Below, piece by piece: positions 1 through 10,520 of a stretch of DNA of 64,000 nt. Within the stretch, counting starts at the first letter, position 1; every line of letters starts with the position of its first letter. This DNA comes from an uncultured Acidimicrobiia bacterium (GTDB taxonomy: Bacteria > Actinomycetota > Acidimicrobiia > IMCC26256 > JAENVU01). The stretch spans positions 11,140 to 75,139 of the forward strand of contig CAVWPR010000018.1 of NCBI GenBank assembly GCA_963756815.1, written 5' to 3'. The position numbers and the translations under genes were made by a program. The notes under the pieces are model-generated. The model was not told where the DNA came from. It was given only the letters and a program-made list of their open reading frames with translations, and did no database searches.

Positions 1-388
1 GCTCGTCGTCGCGACCGCGGGCGTGGCGAGCGGACGCGAACGGGTGCAGGAGGGCTTCGCGGCCTACTTCCGGTACGTCGCCGCGCACCGCGCCGCGTTC
101 CGGTTGCTGTTCGGCGCCTCGGTGCGCAACGACGCGGAGTTCGCAGCCGTCGCCGAGGCGACGATCGACCGCATCGCGGAGCTCATCGCCGAGCTGATCG
201 ACATCGAGGCCGCCACCGACCATCGCCGCACGCTCGCGCACGCCATGGTGGGAATGGCGGAGGCCACGAGTCGACGCGTCGTCAACGACGAGGGCGAGGA
301 CGACCCCGACCGGCTCGCCCGCTGGCTCGCGGAGATGGCGTGGTTCGGATTGCGCGGCGTGCGCGCCGACGAGCTCGCGAGGGACTGA
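1..388 (+). CDS. TetR/AcrR-family transcriptional regulator, C-terminal effector-binding part (5' end lies outside the window)
   Basis: The frame of ORF 23..388 is open to the window edge. The helical C-terminal region resembles TetR regulators (FRLLFGASVRNDAEF ... MAWFGLRGV). The N-terminal HTH is not in the window. Confidence 0.6.
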   Translation, partial: LVVATAGVASGRERVQEGFAAYFRYVAAHRAAFRLLFGASVRNDAEFAAVAEATIDRIAELIAELIDIEAATDHRRTLAHAMVGMAEATSRRVVNDEGEDDPDRLARWLAEMAWFGLRGVRADELARD

Positions 389-402
389 CCACCCGAAGCG
401 GA

Positions 403-441
403 CCCGGTCCGACCGGTGCTGGGGGACTCGACCGGACCGGG
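403..441. terminator. Inverted repeat between convergent genes (possible bidirectional terminator)
   Basis: CCCGGTCCG (403-411) pairs with CGGACCGGG (433-441), located between the stop at 388 (+) and the stop at 449 (-). There is no T-tract. Confidence 0.3.
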
Positions 442-448
442 CGACGCT

Positions 449-1012
449 TCAGTGTCGAGGCGGGTGCGCGACCCCCGATGACGCTCGCGCACCCGGTCCC
501 GAACGTGACCCGACAGTCGGTGCGACGGACCCCTGCCGAGCGCACGCGAGCTCATCGAGGACGGTACGCGTCCGCCCACCGAGCTGTCGGATCAGTCCGA
601 TCGCCAACGGGGGAACCCGCGCGATCAGATCTGCGAAGTCCGGAGCCGACACGACCCGGACGATCATCGGCGTCTGCGCCTCCACCGTGAGCGGGTGCAG
701 TCCGCCGTCGAGGGCCTCGGGCCCCCCGATCACCGCACCGGGGCCGAGGACGAGCGCCGGCCGCGCGTCGAGCTCCGCGCCGGCGTATCCGTCGAGCACG
801 ATCGGGACGTCCCGGACCATGGCGCCGGCCCGGACCAGGATCTGACCCACGTCGTAGCGCCGCTCGCCCGAGACCGCCGCCACGTCGCTCAGCTGACCGT
901 CGTCGCAGCCGGCGAAGAGCCCCACCGACCGGAGCTGGAGGAGCGTGAGCTCGGCGGCGAGATCGCGGCCGGCGGTTGCGCGGGGGGCGGGGAGCACGGG
1001 ATCATCAGACAC
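449..1012 (-). CDS. Cyclic-nucleotide-binding (Crp/cNMP effector) domain protein
   Basis: Pattern LFAGCDDGQL..RRYDVGQILVRAGAMVRDVPIVLDGYA..LGPGAVIGGPEAL..TVEAQTPMIVRVV..F matches the cNMP-binding beta-roll layout. The start is taken at GTG 1012. The gene is divergent from the SARP gene. Confidence 0.6.
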   Translation of the reverse strand: MSDDPVLPAPRATAGRDLAAELTLLQLRSVGLFAGCDDGQLSDVAAVSGERRYDVGQILVRAGAMVRDVPIVLDGYAGAELDARPALVLGPGAVIGGPEALDGGLHPLTVEAQTPMIVRVVSAPDFADLIARVPPLAIGLIRQLGGRTRTVLDELACARQGSVAPTVGSRSGPGARASSGVAHPPRH

Positions 1013-1083
1013 GTGGGCAATTAACCGGGCGCTAACACCTCGAAGCCGCCCGTGGCGCCGACCGAGCAGGAGGTCGGGCAACC

Positions 1084-4000
1084 GTGGAGATCAGCGTGCT
1101 CGGCCCCCTCGCCGTCGTCGAGGACGGCGTCCCCGTCACGATCCGGCGCGCCCGCTGCCGCGCCCTGCTCGCGTTCCTCGTGAGCCGGCACCCGGAGCGC
1201 GTCGCGGCCGAGGTCCTCGCCGAGGCACTGTGGCCCGATGCCCCGGACGGCGACCGGGCGCTCAACTCCGCACGCGTGCACGTCCACCACCTGCGACGGT
1301 CGCTCCCCGGTCACGACGCCGTGCTCCCGTCCGGCGACCGCGGCTACGGGCTCGCGATCCCTCCGGACGCTCTGGACGTGGCGCGGTTCGCCGACCACGC
1401 CGCCCGCGCCGCGAGCTCACGAGCGCCGGCGAAGCGGCGCAGGCGCTGGAGCACCACGAGCGGGCGCTCGCCGAATGGCGCGGCGAGGCCTACGCCGACT
1501 TCACCGCTCTCGACGTGTTCGGACCCGTGCGCACGAAGCTGGCCGAGGAACGCTTCGATGTGATGCACGGCTACGCACGGGGCCTGCTCCACGAGGGCGC
1601 CGAGGACGAGGTGGTGCGGGTGCTCGCGCCCGTCGTCGCCGAGCTCCCCGAGCGCGAGGACCTCGCGGCCTGCCTCATGCTCGGCTACTTCCGCGTCGAC
1701 CGCCAGACCGATGCGCTCGACCTGTTCGGCCGCGTGAAGGAGACACTCGCCGAGAGCGGGCTGCGTCCGGGCGAGGCGTTGGCGAACCTCGCGGAGGCGA
1801 TCGTGGTGGAGCCCGAGACGCTGTCGCGCGACCGGCCGGCCATCGTCGCGATGGGAGGCTCACACCGCCGCCGTCGCGACACGATCGTCGGGCGCGAGCA
1901 CGAGCGGCAGCAGCTCGAGGCGGCCTACCACGCCGCGCGCAACGGCCGCCCGCAGCTCGCGTACGTCTCCGGCGTCGCCGGGATCGGCAAGACGTCCGTC
2001 GTCGGCCGGCTCGTCGCCGATCACCCCGAGGCCGAGGTGATCGAGGGTGAGTGCTTCGGGGACGGCGACGCCTATCAACCGTTCCCGGAGCTCGTCCACG
2101 CCGTCGTCAGCGCGGGAGCGGTGTCGACGACGGCGCCCGCGGTGCTGTCCGAGCTGGCCCGCCTGTCCCCCGAGCTGGCCGCGATGCTCCCCGCGCCGGT
2201 GCCGCCGGCGGAGCCCGGCGCCGGTCGGTCCCGGCTGTTCGACGCCGTCACCGCTGTGCTGACCGAGACGCACCGTCCGCGCATCGTGGTGATCGAGGAC
2301 CTCCACTGGGCCGGTGAGGACGCGATCGCGCTGCTCCAGCACGTGCTGCGCGCGGCGCGTGGCCAGCTCATGGTCCTCGGCACGTACCGCACCGACATGG
2401 ACGCGAGCAGCGCGTTCCTCCCCGTTCGGGCGGGGCGGACCCGGCTCGGGAATCCCGACCTCGACCTCGCGCTCGCACCGCTCGACGAGGCCGAGACCGA
2501 GGCGCTCGTCGACGCGCTCGCGCCCGCGCACCGCCGGATCGGCTGGGGTGCCGACGCCGCCGCGCTGGTGGACGTCAGCGCCGGACACCCGCTGCGCCTC
2601 GTCGAGGTGCTCAAGCAGCTCGAGCTCGATCCCGACACCCCGATTCACGACGTCGCGCCCGAGGACGTCGTGAGCCTCGTGCGGCGACGGCTCGGCGGGA
2701 TGTCCGAGCTGGCGCAGACGGTGCTGCGTGCCGCATCGGTCGTCGGCCGCCACTTCTCGCTCGAGTTCGTGGCCACCGTCGTCGACCGGTCCGTGGGCGA
2801 CACCCTGCGGGGTATCGAGACCGCCATCGACGCGGGGCTCGTCGCGGCCGAGGACGGGATCGACGAGTTCGTGTTCGCACATCCGCTGTACCGGAACGCG
2901 GTGTACCAGTCCGTGACCCCGGCGCGGCGCGCACGGCTCAACCTGCGCATCGGCGCGTTGCACGAGCTCGACGCGGACACGAACGACGCCGGCGCCCGCT
3001 GGTCGGACGCCGCCCGGCACCTCCTCGGTGCGCTCCCCCTCGGAGATGCAGCGCGTGCCGCTCGCGCCGCCGCTCGAGCGGGCGACGAAGCGGCGGCGCG
3101 CTATGCGCACGTCGAAGCCGCCGGCTGGTACGCAACCGCGCTCGAGCACTCACCGCCGGACGAGCGCTCGCGGGTCCGCCTGCGCCTCTCGCTCGGGAAG
3201 GCGCGGGAGTTGAGCGGCGACGTCCCCGCGGCGCGCGAGCAGTACTTCGCGGCCCTGGACCTCGCGACCGCGCTCGAGGACGTCGATCTGCTCGTCGAGG
3301 GCGTCGACGCGGCGACGCCGCGCGTCGGCGTGTTGGACCGGGAGTTCGGTTCCCGCCTCGAGCGGTACGTCGACCTCGCGCTCGCCCGCACCGCCGCCGA
3401 CGACCCCCGGCGGATCCCGCTGCACCGTTCGGCCGTCGTCGCGACCTTCTATCTCGCGGCGCGGAACCCCGACCCTCACCTCGACCAGCTCGAGGCCCTG
3501 GCCACGGCGTATCCGTCTCGCGAGAACCGACGTGCGGTGCTGGGTCTCCGGTACATGGTCGAGGAGGGGCAGGGCCCGGAGACGCGGGTCGACCTCGCCC
3601 GCGAGATCTGCACCTACTCCACCGGACCGGAGATGGTCGTGCTCCAGGGCGTCGACGACCGCCGCCTGCTGCACGAGCTGCTCCGGGTCGGCCGGACCGA
3701 GGAGTTCGACGCGCACCTCGAGCAGATGCGCCGTCGCGCGGTTGCGACGTCCATCCCGCTGCACCGCCACTGGGTGGCCGCGTTGACCGCGACACGCCGA
3801 CTCATGCGTGAGACCGGAACCGAGGTGGAGGTCGCGATCGACGCGGCAGCCGCGTTCGCCGCGCCACGCCGGCATCCGGGATGCCGTCGGGCTGCACACC
3901 CTGCAGAGCTTCGTGCTTCGGTACCAGCAGGGCCGGACGCGCGAGGTCATCGCCGGACTCGCGACCCCCGACGACGACGATCCGCCCGTCCTGGCGGGGA

Positions 4001-4437
4001 TCTCGCTCCTGGCGCTCGGCTTCGCGGCGGGCGGTCGCTTCGACCAGGCGCAGACGATCCTCGATCGCATCGTCACCGACGAGATCCGTCTGCCCCGCAA
4101 CAACTTCTGGTTCGGCGCCGTGGCGATGCTGGCCGACGTCGCGGCGTCGTGCGGATGCGGCCGGCAACGCGCGCAGCTGTACGACGCGCTGGTGCCGATC
4201 GCCGATCAGTTCGTCGTGTTCGGGACCGGAGGCGCGGTGCTCGGCACCGGACACCACTGGCTCGGCCGGCTCGCCCATGCCGACGGTGACGACGTGGGCG
4301 CGCGTGAGCACCTGGAGCGTGCGGCATCCCTGTGCGACGCCGGCGACGCTCCGTTCTGGGTGGAGCGGGCCCGGACCGACCTCGCGATCCTCGCCACCGA
4401 CCCGGAGTCGTGGCCCCGACCACGGGCGGTCGAATGA
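1084..4437 (+). pseudogene. SARP/AfsR-family large regulator (winged-helix DNA-binding domain + BTAD + P-loop NTPase + helical-repeat C-terminus), split into three frame segments
   Basis: The N-terminus (1084 frame) is MEISVLGPL..VPV..RALLAFL plus the start of a BTAD. Continuity resumes in the 945 frame near 1408 (ELTSAGEAAQALEHHERALAEWRGEAYADF, Walker A GVAGIGKTS). It returns to the first frame near 3865 (AGIRDAVGLHTLQSFVLRYQQGR ... stop at 4437). Confidence 0.8.
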
Positions 4438-4691
4438 CGATGGGGCCACCGGCTCCGCATCGGCAATGGAGCCACGGGATGGGCGTCGGCTCGTTGGTGT
4501 CATCGGTCGCGTCGCCGAAGACGCTCGCGCGGGCAGCGAGATCGCGGCATCGCTCGCGTGACGCGGTTCGGTCCGTGAGCCCACCGAGCGGGTCGGCGAG
4601 ATCGTGGTGCGCGCCCCGGATGCGGTCGAGGTGACGAGGATCTCGCCCGCGCCGATTGACGGCACCGGTCGACGACGACGATCCTCCCGTG

Positions 4692-5515
4692 ATGGCCACC
4701 ACGTCGCGCCTCGACGTCGAGCTCCACTACGAGACGTTCGGCGCCGATACCGATCCCACGCTGCTGCTCGTGAACGGGCTGGGCTCGCAGTGCATCAACT
4801 ACGACGAGCGGTGGTGCGAGATGTTCGCCGCGCGCGGATACCGGGTGGTGCGGTTCGACAATCGGGACGTCGGGTTGTCGTCCAAGATGGAGGGACGCAG
4901 CTACACGTTGCGCGACATGGCGGCCGACGCCGTCGCCGTACTCGACGCCGTGGACGCCGACCGGGCCCACGTTCACGGAGTGTCCATGGGCGGCATGATC
5001 GTGCAGCGGCTCGCCATCGACCACGGCGACCGGGTGCGTTCACTCACCTCCGTGATGTCGAGCACCGGCGAGACGGAGTACGGCCGGAGCTCGACCGAAG
5101 CGCTCGCGGTGTTGATGGCCGAGCCCGCGACCAACCGCGACGAGTACGTCGAGCGGCAGGTCGCCGCGCAGCGCGTGTACGGCTCGAAGCCGGAGTGGAT
5201 CGACGAGCCGTACGTTCGGCGCGCGCGGCGCGCGCGTACGACCGGTGCTTCCATCCCGCGGGCGTCGGGCGTCAGATGCGCGCGATCCGGCTCGACGGCG
5301 ACCGCGCCGACGCCTTGCGCGCCCTCGACGTGCCGACGCTCGTGATGCACGGTGACCGCGACACGCTCATCGATCCCAGCGGTGGTCGCCGGACGGCGGA
5401 GCTCGTCCCGGGTGCGCGCTACGTGGAGATCGAGGGCATGGGTCACGACTACCCCGTCGCGGTCTGGGACCTCTGGGTCGACACGTGGGCCGAGTTCGCC
5501 CACTCGGTCGCCTGA
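4692..5515 (+). pseudogene. Alpha/beta-fold hydrolase, one frame break near 5228
   Basis: The segment contains LLLVNGLGS, the nucleophile elbow HGVSMGG, then EPYVRRA. It continues in another frame as AYDRCFHPAGVGRQMRAI..LVMHGDRDTLI..GMGHD. The break lies in a CGCGCGCGGCGCGCGCG run. Confidence 0.8.
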
Positions 5516-5587
5516 GCGAACCTCGGCCCGGTTCTCTCGAAGCGAAATCGCCCAGGGCGCATCCGCGCCCGCCGCGAGAATGCTGCG

Positions 5588-6121
5588 GTGCCGGACCCGC
5601 CCGACGACGCCGCCTACGGCCGAGTGACCCGCCCCGAGCGGTACGCGCCGCTCCAGGCGTTCGCGCGGCGGCTGGTCGACGACCTGCTGACCCAGTACGA
5701 CGCCGAGATCCGTGACCGGGAGCCGGACGGGACACCTGCTGCACAGACTGCCGTCCGCGTGTGTCCGCGCCACGGGGAGGGCGGCTGCCTCACCTTCCGG
5801 GAGACGCCGTTCCCCGGCGTCACGCTCGGCGTCGGCCGCTGGCACTGGTTCCACTTCCCGCGCTGTGGATGCGACGCGTGTGACGAGCAGGTCGACGACC
5901 TGATGATCGAGCTGGCTGCCCTGGTCGACGCGTTCGTCAACGGAAGGTTCACGGAGTACCTCGACGGAGACCGTCTCGGACACCGGTGGTCGACGGTCGG
6001 AGGTTCGTCGAGCGGTTGGACCGAGCTCCCCCCGACCGACGCGCGGCGCAGCGAGACCAGCAGGACCATCGAGTGGCCGGCGTGGCCGCGTCGCGCTCCG
6101 ACGCGCGGGGTGACGGCGTGA
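5588..6121 (+). CDS. Conserved hypothetical protein (CGCDACDE motif, reminiscent of DUF6226-type actinobacterial proteins)
   Basis: Intact 177 aa ORF with GTG start, protein-like composition and the motif FPRCGCDACDEQVDDL. The family assignment is from memory and has not been searched. Confidence 0.5.
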   Translation: MPDPPDDAAYGRVTRPERYAPLQAFARRLVDDLLTQYDAEIRDREPDGTPAAQTAVRVCPRHGEGGCLTFRETPFPGVTLGVGRWHWFHFPRCGCDACDEQVDDLMIELAALVDAFVNGRFTEYLDGDRLGHRWSTVGGSSSGWTELPPTDARRSETSRTIEWPAWPRRAPTRGVTA

Positions 6122-6570
6122 CGCTCGTCCCTGAGCTCGATGTCACCGTGCTCCCCACGTCCTTGCGGTTCTACGCCGAGGTGCTCGGCTTCCGGACGCT
6201 GTTCGCGCGACCCGACGAGCGCTTCGCGTATCTCGAGCGTGACGGCGTCGAGCTGATGATCCAGGAAGCGGCCGGACCGGGACGACGGTTCCGCACCGCT
6301 CCCCTGGAGTCCCCTCACGGTCGCGGCGTCAACTTCCAGATCTGCGTCGACGATGTCGACGCGGTGTACGCCCGAGCCGTCGCGGCCGACGTCGACATCG
6401 TGGTACCGATCGAGGAGCGCTGGTACCGCGTCGACGTCGCGACGTGCAACGGTCGTTGGCAGGTGGAGGGACCCTGCGAGGCCGGCAATCGCCAGTTCGT
6501 GCTGGCCGATCCCGATGGGTACCTGTGGCGCCCGTTCCGCGACCTCGGCGTGCGCCCCGTTCCCAGCTGA
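6118..6570 (+). CDS. VOC-family protein (glyoxalase/bleomycin-resistance fold)
   Basis: GTG 6118 overlaps the upstream stop (GTGA). Motifs are LRFYAEVLGFRTLF..FAYLERDGVELMIQE..NFQICVDDVDAVY..RQFVLADPDGYLWR. Confidence 0.75.
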   Translation: MTLVPELDVTVLPTSLRFYAEVLGFRTLFARPDERFAYLERDGVELMIQEAAGPGRRFRTAPLESPHGRGVNFQICVDDVDAVYARAVAADVDIVVPIEERWYRVDVATCNGRWQVEGPCEAGNRQFVLADPDGYLWRPFRDLGVRPVPS

Positions 6571-6630
6571 GCCCGCCGGCCCCGCCGAAAAGACCGTCGT
6601 GGCCACCGGGCCCGACCGTAGGTTCGAGCG

Positions 6631-7521
6631 GTGCACGCGCTGCGAGAGGAACGTCGGGCCGGGGCTCGGTACCTGGACGCCGCGACGGCCCTGCTGCAAC
6701 GAGTCCGCCGGGCCCATCCCACCAAGGGGTCCTTCGAGGCGGCGGACCTGCAGTGGTGGTGGCGCGTCCCGCGCGCGACCGACGAGATCGATCAGCTCTT
6801 CTGGTTCGACGACCTCGGCCGTCCGGAGGCCGCAGTCATCCTCACCGACTGGGGCGACGGGGTCGCGCTCGACCCGATGCTCATGCCCGACGCCACCGCC
6901 GACCGGGTGGCCCAGGTCGTCGACCGCGGGCTCGCACACGCGGCAGCGTCCGGCTTCGAAGCCGTCGAGCTCGAGGTCGACCGGGCCGACGCCGCGATGC
7001 GAACCGTGCTGTTCGACCGCGGGTTCACGATCGCGGGCGACGGCCTGGTCGAGACGTGGATCGCGGCGGACGCCCGACCCGAGATCAGCCCGCTGCCAGG
7101 GAACTACCGGCTGTCCGATCGCCGGCACGCCCTCGAGCGTCCCCATCACCTGATCGAGCGGAGCGGCCCGGAGGTCGAAGCACGTCTGCGCCAGACCTCG
7201 CTGTACCGCCCGGACCTCGACCTGCTGGTCCTCGACGATCGCGACCACGTCGCCGCGTACGGTCTCTTCTGGTTCGATCCGGAGACCGCCACCGGCCTCG
7301 TCGAGCCGATGCGCACCGAGGACGCTCATCAGCGGCGCGGCCTGGCCCGTCATGTCCTGACCGCGGGCGTCGGCCGCCTCGTCACTGCCGGCGCCACCCG
7401 CATCAAGATCTGCTTCCGTCCGGGCAACGCGGCGGCGAAGGCGCTGTACCTCGGCGTCGGCTTCGAGCCCGTCGCCCAGACCGACGTCCTGGCGCGTGGG
7501 CCGGGAGCGGACGGTCGGTAG
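6631..7521 (+). CDS. GNAT-family N-acetyltransferase
   Basis: Intact 296 aa ORF. The C-terminal acetyl-CoA motif region is VEPMRTEDAHQRRGLARHVLTAGV..AKALYLGVGF. Confidence 0.75.
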   Translation: MHALREERRAGARYLDAATALLQRVRRAHPTKGSFEAADLQWWWRVPRATDEIDQLFWFDDLGRPEAAVILTDWGDGVALDPMLMPDATADRVAQVVDRGLAHAAASGFEAVELEVDRADAAMRTVLFDRGFTIAGDGLVETWIAADARPEISPLPGNYRLSDRRHALERPHHLIERSGPEVEARLRQTSLYRPDLDLLVLDDRDHVAAYGLFWFDPETATGLVEPMRTEDAHQRRGLARHVLTAGVGRLVTAGATRIKICFRPGNAAAKALYLGVGFEPVAQTDVLARGPGADGR

Positions 7522-7522
7522 C

Positions 7523-7801
7523 GTGGGAACCGTGAGCGGTGCGCGGATCCCCGGCGGTGTGGTGCACCGGCTCCCGCGGGACCTGCGCACGGCGCTGATC
7601 GCCAACGGCACGGCACTCGAGGCCTGGAAGGACATCACGCCGCTCGCCCGCAACGAGTTCATCTGCTGGGTGGAGGACGCGAAGCAGCCGGCGACCCGGA
7701 CGCGGCGCATTCGCCGGACCCAGGAGGAGCTCGAAGAGGGCCAACGTCGACCCTGCTGCTGGCCCGGCTGCAAGCACCGGGAGCGCACCGGCAGCGCGTG
7801 A
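7523..7801 (+). CDS. YdeI/OmpD-associated family protein
   Basis: Motif LPRDLRTAL..GTALEAWKDITPLARNEFICWVEDAKQPATRTRRI..RRPCCWPGC. Alternative in-frame starts exist at 7496 and 7532. Confidence 0.65.
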   Translation: MGTVSGARIPGGVVHRLPRDLRTALIANGTALEAWKDITPLARNEFICWVEDAKQPATRTRRIRRTQEELEEGQRRPCCWPGCKHRERTGSA

Positions 7802-7842
7802 GCATCACCCCCCACACGCCACCACGCTGGTAATGGTGGGGC

Positions 7843-8808
7843 ATGCCACCTGCGGCGGGGAGCGGCGCGCCGACCGTCGTCGCGAACGGTCTCACCATCG
7901 CCTTCGGCGACCTCGTCGCGGTGGACCACCTCGATCTGGCGATCGCCGAGGGGACCGTCTACGGATTCCTCGGGCCCAACGGCGCCGGCAAGTCGACCAC
8001 GATCCGGCTGCTGCTCGGGCTGCTCGCGCCGACTGCGGGCGCGGCGTCGATCGCCGGGCACGACGTGGTGACCGCCGGCGACGCGGCGCGCGCCGCCTGC
8101 GGGGTGCTGCTCGACGACGACGGGCTCTACGACCGTCTCAGCGCCGCGCAGAACCTGGAGCTGTTCGGCCGCATCGCCGGCCTGGCGTCGGCCGAGCGCA
8201 CCTCGAGGGCCGGCGCGCTGCTCGAGCACATCGGCCTCGCCGACCGCGCCCAGGAGCGCGTGGCGGACTGGAGCCTGGGCATGCGCAAGAAGCTGGCCGT
8301 CGCCCGCGCCATGCTCGCCGAGCCGCCCGTGGTCTTCCTGGACGAGCCGACCAACGGCCTGGATCCGCTGGCCCGCCGGGCCCTGCGCGACGACATCGTC
8401 GCCCTCGCCCGGCAACAGGGGACGACGGTCTTCGTCACCACCCACGACCTCGACGACGCCCAGCGGATGTGCGACGAGGTCGGGGTGATGGTCGAGGGGC
8501 GCCTGCTCGCGAGCGCCAGCCCCGACGAGCTCCGCCGCCGGACCGGCTCGTCGCAGCTGTCCTTGCGGGGCGCGAGGCTCGACGGCGCGGTGGCCGCGCT
8601 CCGGGCGCTGCCCGAGGTCACCGAGGTGAGCGGCACCGATGACAAGGTCGAGGTCCGCCTCGCCGCGCAGGGTGCTCCCGGCGCACCGGTCGTGCGCTGC
8701 GCCGTCGAGGCCGGCGCCGCCCTCGAAGAGGTCATCCGCGCCGATGACAGCCTGGAGGATGCCTTCCTCGAGCTCATCGGCGGCTCCGGTCCGAGCGAGG
8801 ACGAATGA
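7843..8808 (+). CDS. ABC transporter ATP-binding protein (ABC-2/DrrA-like exporter type)
   Basis: Walker A is GPNGAGKST, the signature-like region is WSLGMRKKLAVA and Walker B is VFLDEPTNGLD. The 321 aa ORF is intact. Confidence 0.9.
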   Translation: MPPAAGSGAPTVVANGLTIAFGDLVAVDHLDLAIAEGTVYGFLGPNGAGKSTTIRLLLGLLAPTAGAASIAGHDVVTAGDAARAACGVLLDDDGLYDRLSAAQNLELFGRIAGLASAERTSRAGALLEHIGLADRAQERVADWSLGMRKKLAVARAMLAEPPVVFLDEPTNGLDPLARRALRDDIVALARQQGTTVFVTTHDLDDAQRMCDEVGVMVEGRLLASASPDELRRRTGSSQLSLRGARLDGAVAALRALPEVTEVSGTDDKVEVRLAAQGAPGAPVVRCAVEAGAALEEVIRADDSLEDAFLELIGGSGPSEDE

Positions 8809-9572
8809 GGGACGACATCGCCACCGTCGCGTGGAAGGAGCTCAGCGAGGTGCGTGCCGGCCCCGGCGGTCAGGGCTCGCGCGGCACCGCCGGGATCGTG
8901 CTGGTCACGCTGTTCGTGGCGGTGGTGATCCCCTTCTCCGCGGGGGCGACGAAGTTCGGCGGCACGGGTGTGATGGGCATCGGGCTGATCGTCGCTGCGA
9001 TGTGGGTCCTCACCTCGGTGCCGGAGTCCTTCGCCGGCGAACGCGACCACCGCACCCTCGAGACCCTCCTCGCCACGCGCCTGCCCGCCGAGGCGATCCT
9101 GGCGGGCAAGCTCCTCGCCGCCGTGGTGGTCGGGACCGCGCTGGGCGCCGTCGCCATCTTGCTCTCCGTGATCGCGAGCAACGCCGGAACGCTCGTGCAC
9201 GGTGCGCGGGGCGACGCGCTCTCGGTCCCCTGGCTGTCCATGGGTCTGGGCGTGGTCCTGGCGGTGCTCGTGGCCTTCGCTCTGAGCAACGTGGGCATCC
9301 TCGTCGCCCTGCGCGCGTCCTCGGCCATGGTGGCCATGCGCGTGCTCGGCCTCGGGCTCGCCGGCATCGCCATCGGCATCAGCGTCGGCATCTCGGCCCT
9401 GCCCAGAGGAGCGGCCGGCGACCTGGCCGACGTCGCCTCCGACATCGGGTCACTCAGCCCGTGGGTGCTGGCCCTCGGCGGGGCGGTCGCCTTCGTGGTG
9501 TTGAACGTGGCGCTGTTCGCCGTGACGCGCGCCCGCTTCACGAGACCGAAGCTGGTCCGTCCCCACGGGTGA
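8805..9572 (+). CDS. ABC-2 type transporter permease
   Basis: ATGA overlap with the upstream ATPase gene. The protein is multi-pass and hydrophobic, about 6 TM segments. Confidence 0.75.
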   Translation: MRDDIATVAWKELSEVRAGPGGQGSRGTAGIVLVTLFVAVVIPFSAGATKFGGTGVMGIGLIVAAMWVLTSVPESFAGERDHRTLETLLATRLPAEAILAGKLLAAVVVGTALGAVAILLSVIASNAGTLVHGARGDALSVPWLSMGLGVVLAVLVAFALSNVGILVALRASSAMVAMRVLGLGLAGIAIGISVGISALPRGAAGDLADVASDIGSLSPWVLALGGAVAFVVLNVALFAVTRARFTRPKLVRPHG

Positions 9573-9611
9573 CCGGCGCCGCGATGGAAGCGGTCCCGTC
9601 CGTTGCCGTGG

Positions 9612-9818
9612 TCAGGCGGGGCCGGCGTGGAAGAACGGGCTCCGGGGACCGACGAGGTACGACAATGCGACCACCACGGCCGCTCCGATGATCGCGGCGG
9701 TCTGGAGGACGCCGGCGACGGCCAGCACCAGGATGACGACGGCCGCGACGAACAGGACGATCGTCACCGCTCGGCGCCACGGCGCGATACCGGACAACTG
9801 CTCACTGAAGGAATGCAC
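9612..9818 (-). CDS. Small membrane protein (2 predicted TM helices)
   Basis: GTG start. Sequence is VHSFSEQLSGIAPWRRAVTIVLFVAAVVILVLAVAGVLQTAAIIGAAVVVALSYLV. Third-position GC is high. It is the C-terminal part of track ORF 9612..10316. Confidence 0.4.
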   Translation of the reverse strand: MHSFSEQLSGIAPWRRAVTIVLFVAAVVILVLAVAGVLQTAAIIGAAVVVALSYLVGPRSPFFHAGPA

Positions 9819-9941
9819 GGTCGAGGATCCTTTGAGGGCCGATGGGCTGCGACTGGATCGGCAGGCCGAGCACCGATCTTGACCGGGCACCGACGTCGTG
9901 GCCGAGTGCCCGGCGTGCCGGCGCCTGCAAGGATGCGGCGC

Positions 9942-10467
9942 ATGGGTGATCAGCGCATCGAAGTGAGCCGAGCCATCGCCGCGACTCCGGCCGAGGTGTT
10001 CGCCGTCGTGTCGAGCCCGGAGGGGCACGTCGCGATCGACGCGTCCGGGATGCTGATGTCCGCGTCCGGCGAGCCGGCGACGGCAGTCGGAGACACCTTC
10101 ACGGTCCACATGGACCGGGAGGCGCTCAACGACTTTCCCCTCGGGCTCTACGACGTCGGGGTGCGGATCACCGAGTTCGAACCGGACCGACGCATCGCCT
10201 GGACGATCGAGAGCGCTTTCCTCCAGCCGTCGATCGGACACGTGTACGGCTACGAGATCGAGGAGATCCCCGAGGGCTGTGTGGTGACCCAGTTCTACGA
10301 CTGGTCGAACATCCACGAGCAGTACCGCGAGACGATCCCGTTCCCGATCGTGCCCGAGTCGGCGCTGCGGGCGACGCTCGGCATCCTGGCCCGGACCGTC
10401 GCGCCCGGCATGCCCCGACCGATCCTCGACGGAGACGCCTCGTGGTTCGACGGCGGGCGTCGCGTGA
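9942..10467 (+). CDS. SRPBCC-family protein (START/polyketide-cyclase-like fold); 3' end unresolved
   Basis: ATG 9942. Sequence is MGDQRIEVSRAIAATPAEVFAVVSSPEGHVAIDASGM..RIAWTIE..YDWSN..ALRATLGILARTV. The frame has no stop until 11369 and runs antisense through the next gene, so a lost stop or an indel near 10400-10470 is likely. The end coordinate is approximate. Confidence 0.6.
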
Positions 10468-10520
10468 TCCGTTCTCCCGAAGCTGTCGTCCAGGTGGTGG
10501 ACGTACGTCGGCGCCGATCT

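Noticed and set aside
945-1410. Arg/Pro-rich N-terminus of the 1114 aa ORF as the true start of the SARP regulator
   Set aside because: The first 150 residues or so are non-protein-like (RRRGRRPRHDPARP..). The 1084 frame encodes a proper winged-helix/BTAD N-terminus that joins it at about 1408.
5614-8445. 943 aa minus-strand ORF spanning five plus-strand genes
   Set aside because: Its composition is Arg/Gly/Pro-rich with no family motifs. It lies antisense to well-supported genes (VOC, GNAT, YdeI, ABC ATPase). It is a typical stop-free antisense frame in about 70% GC DNA.
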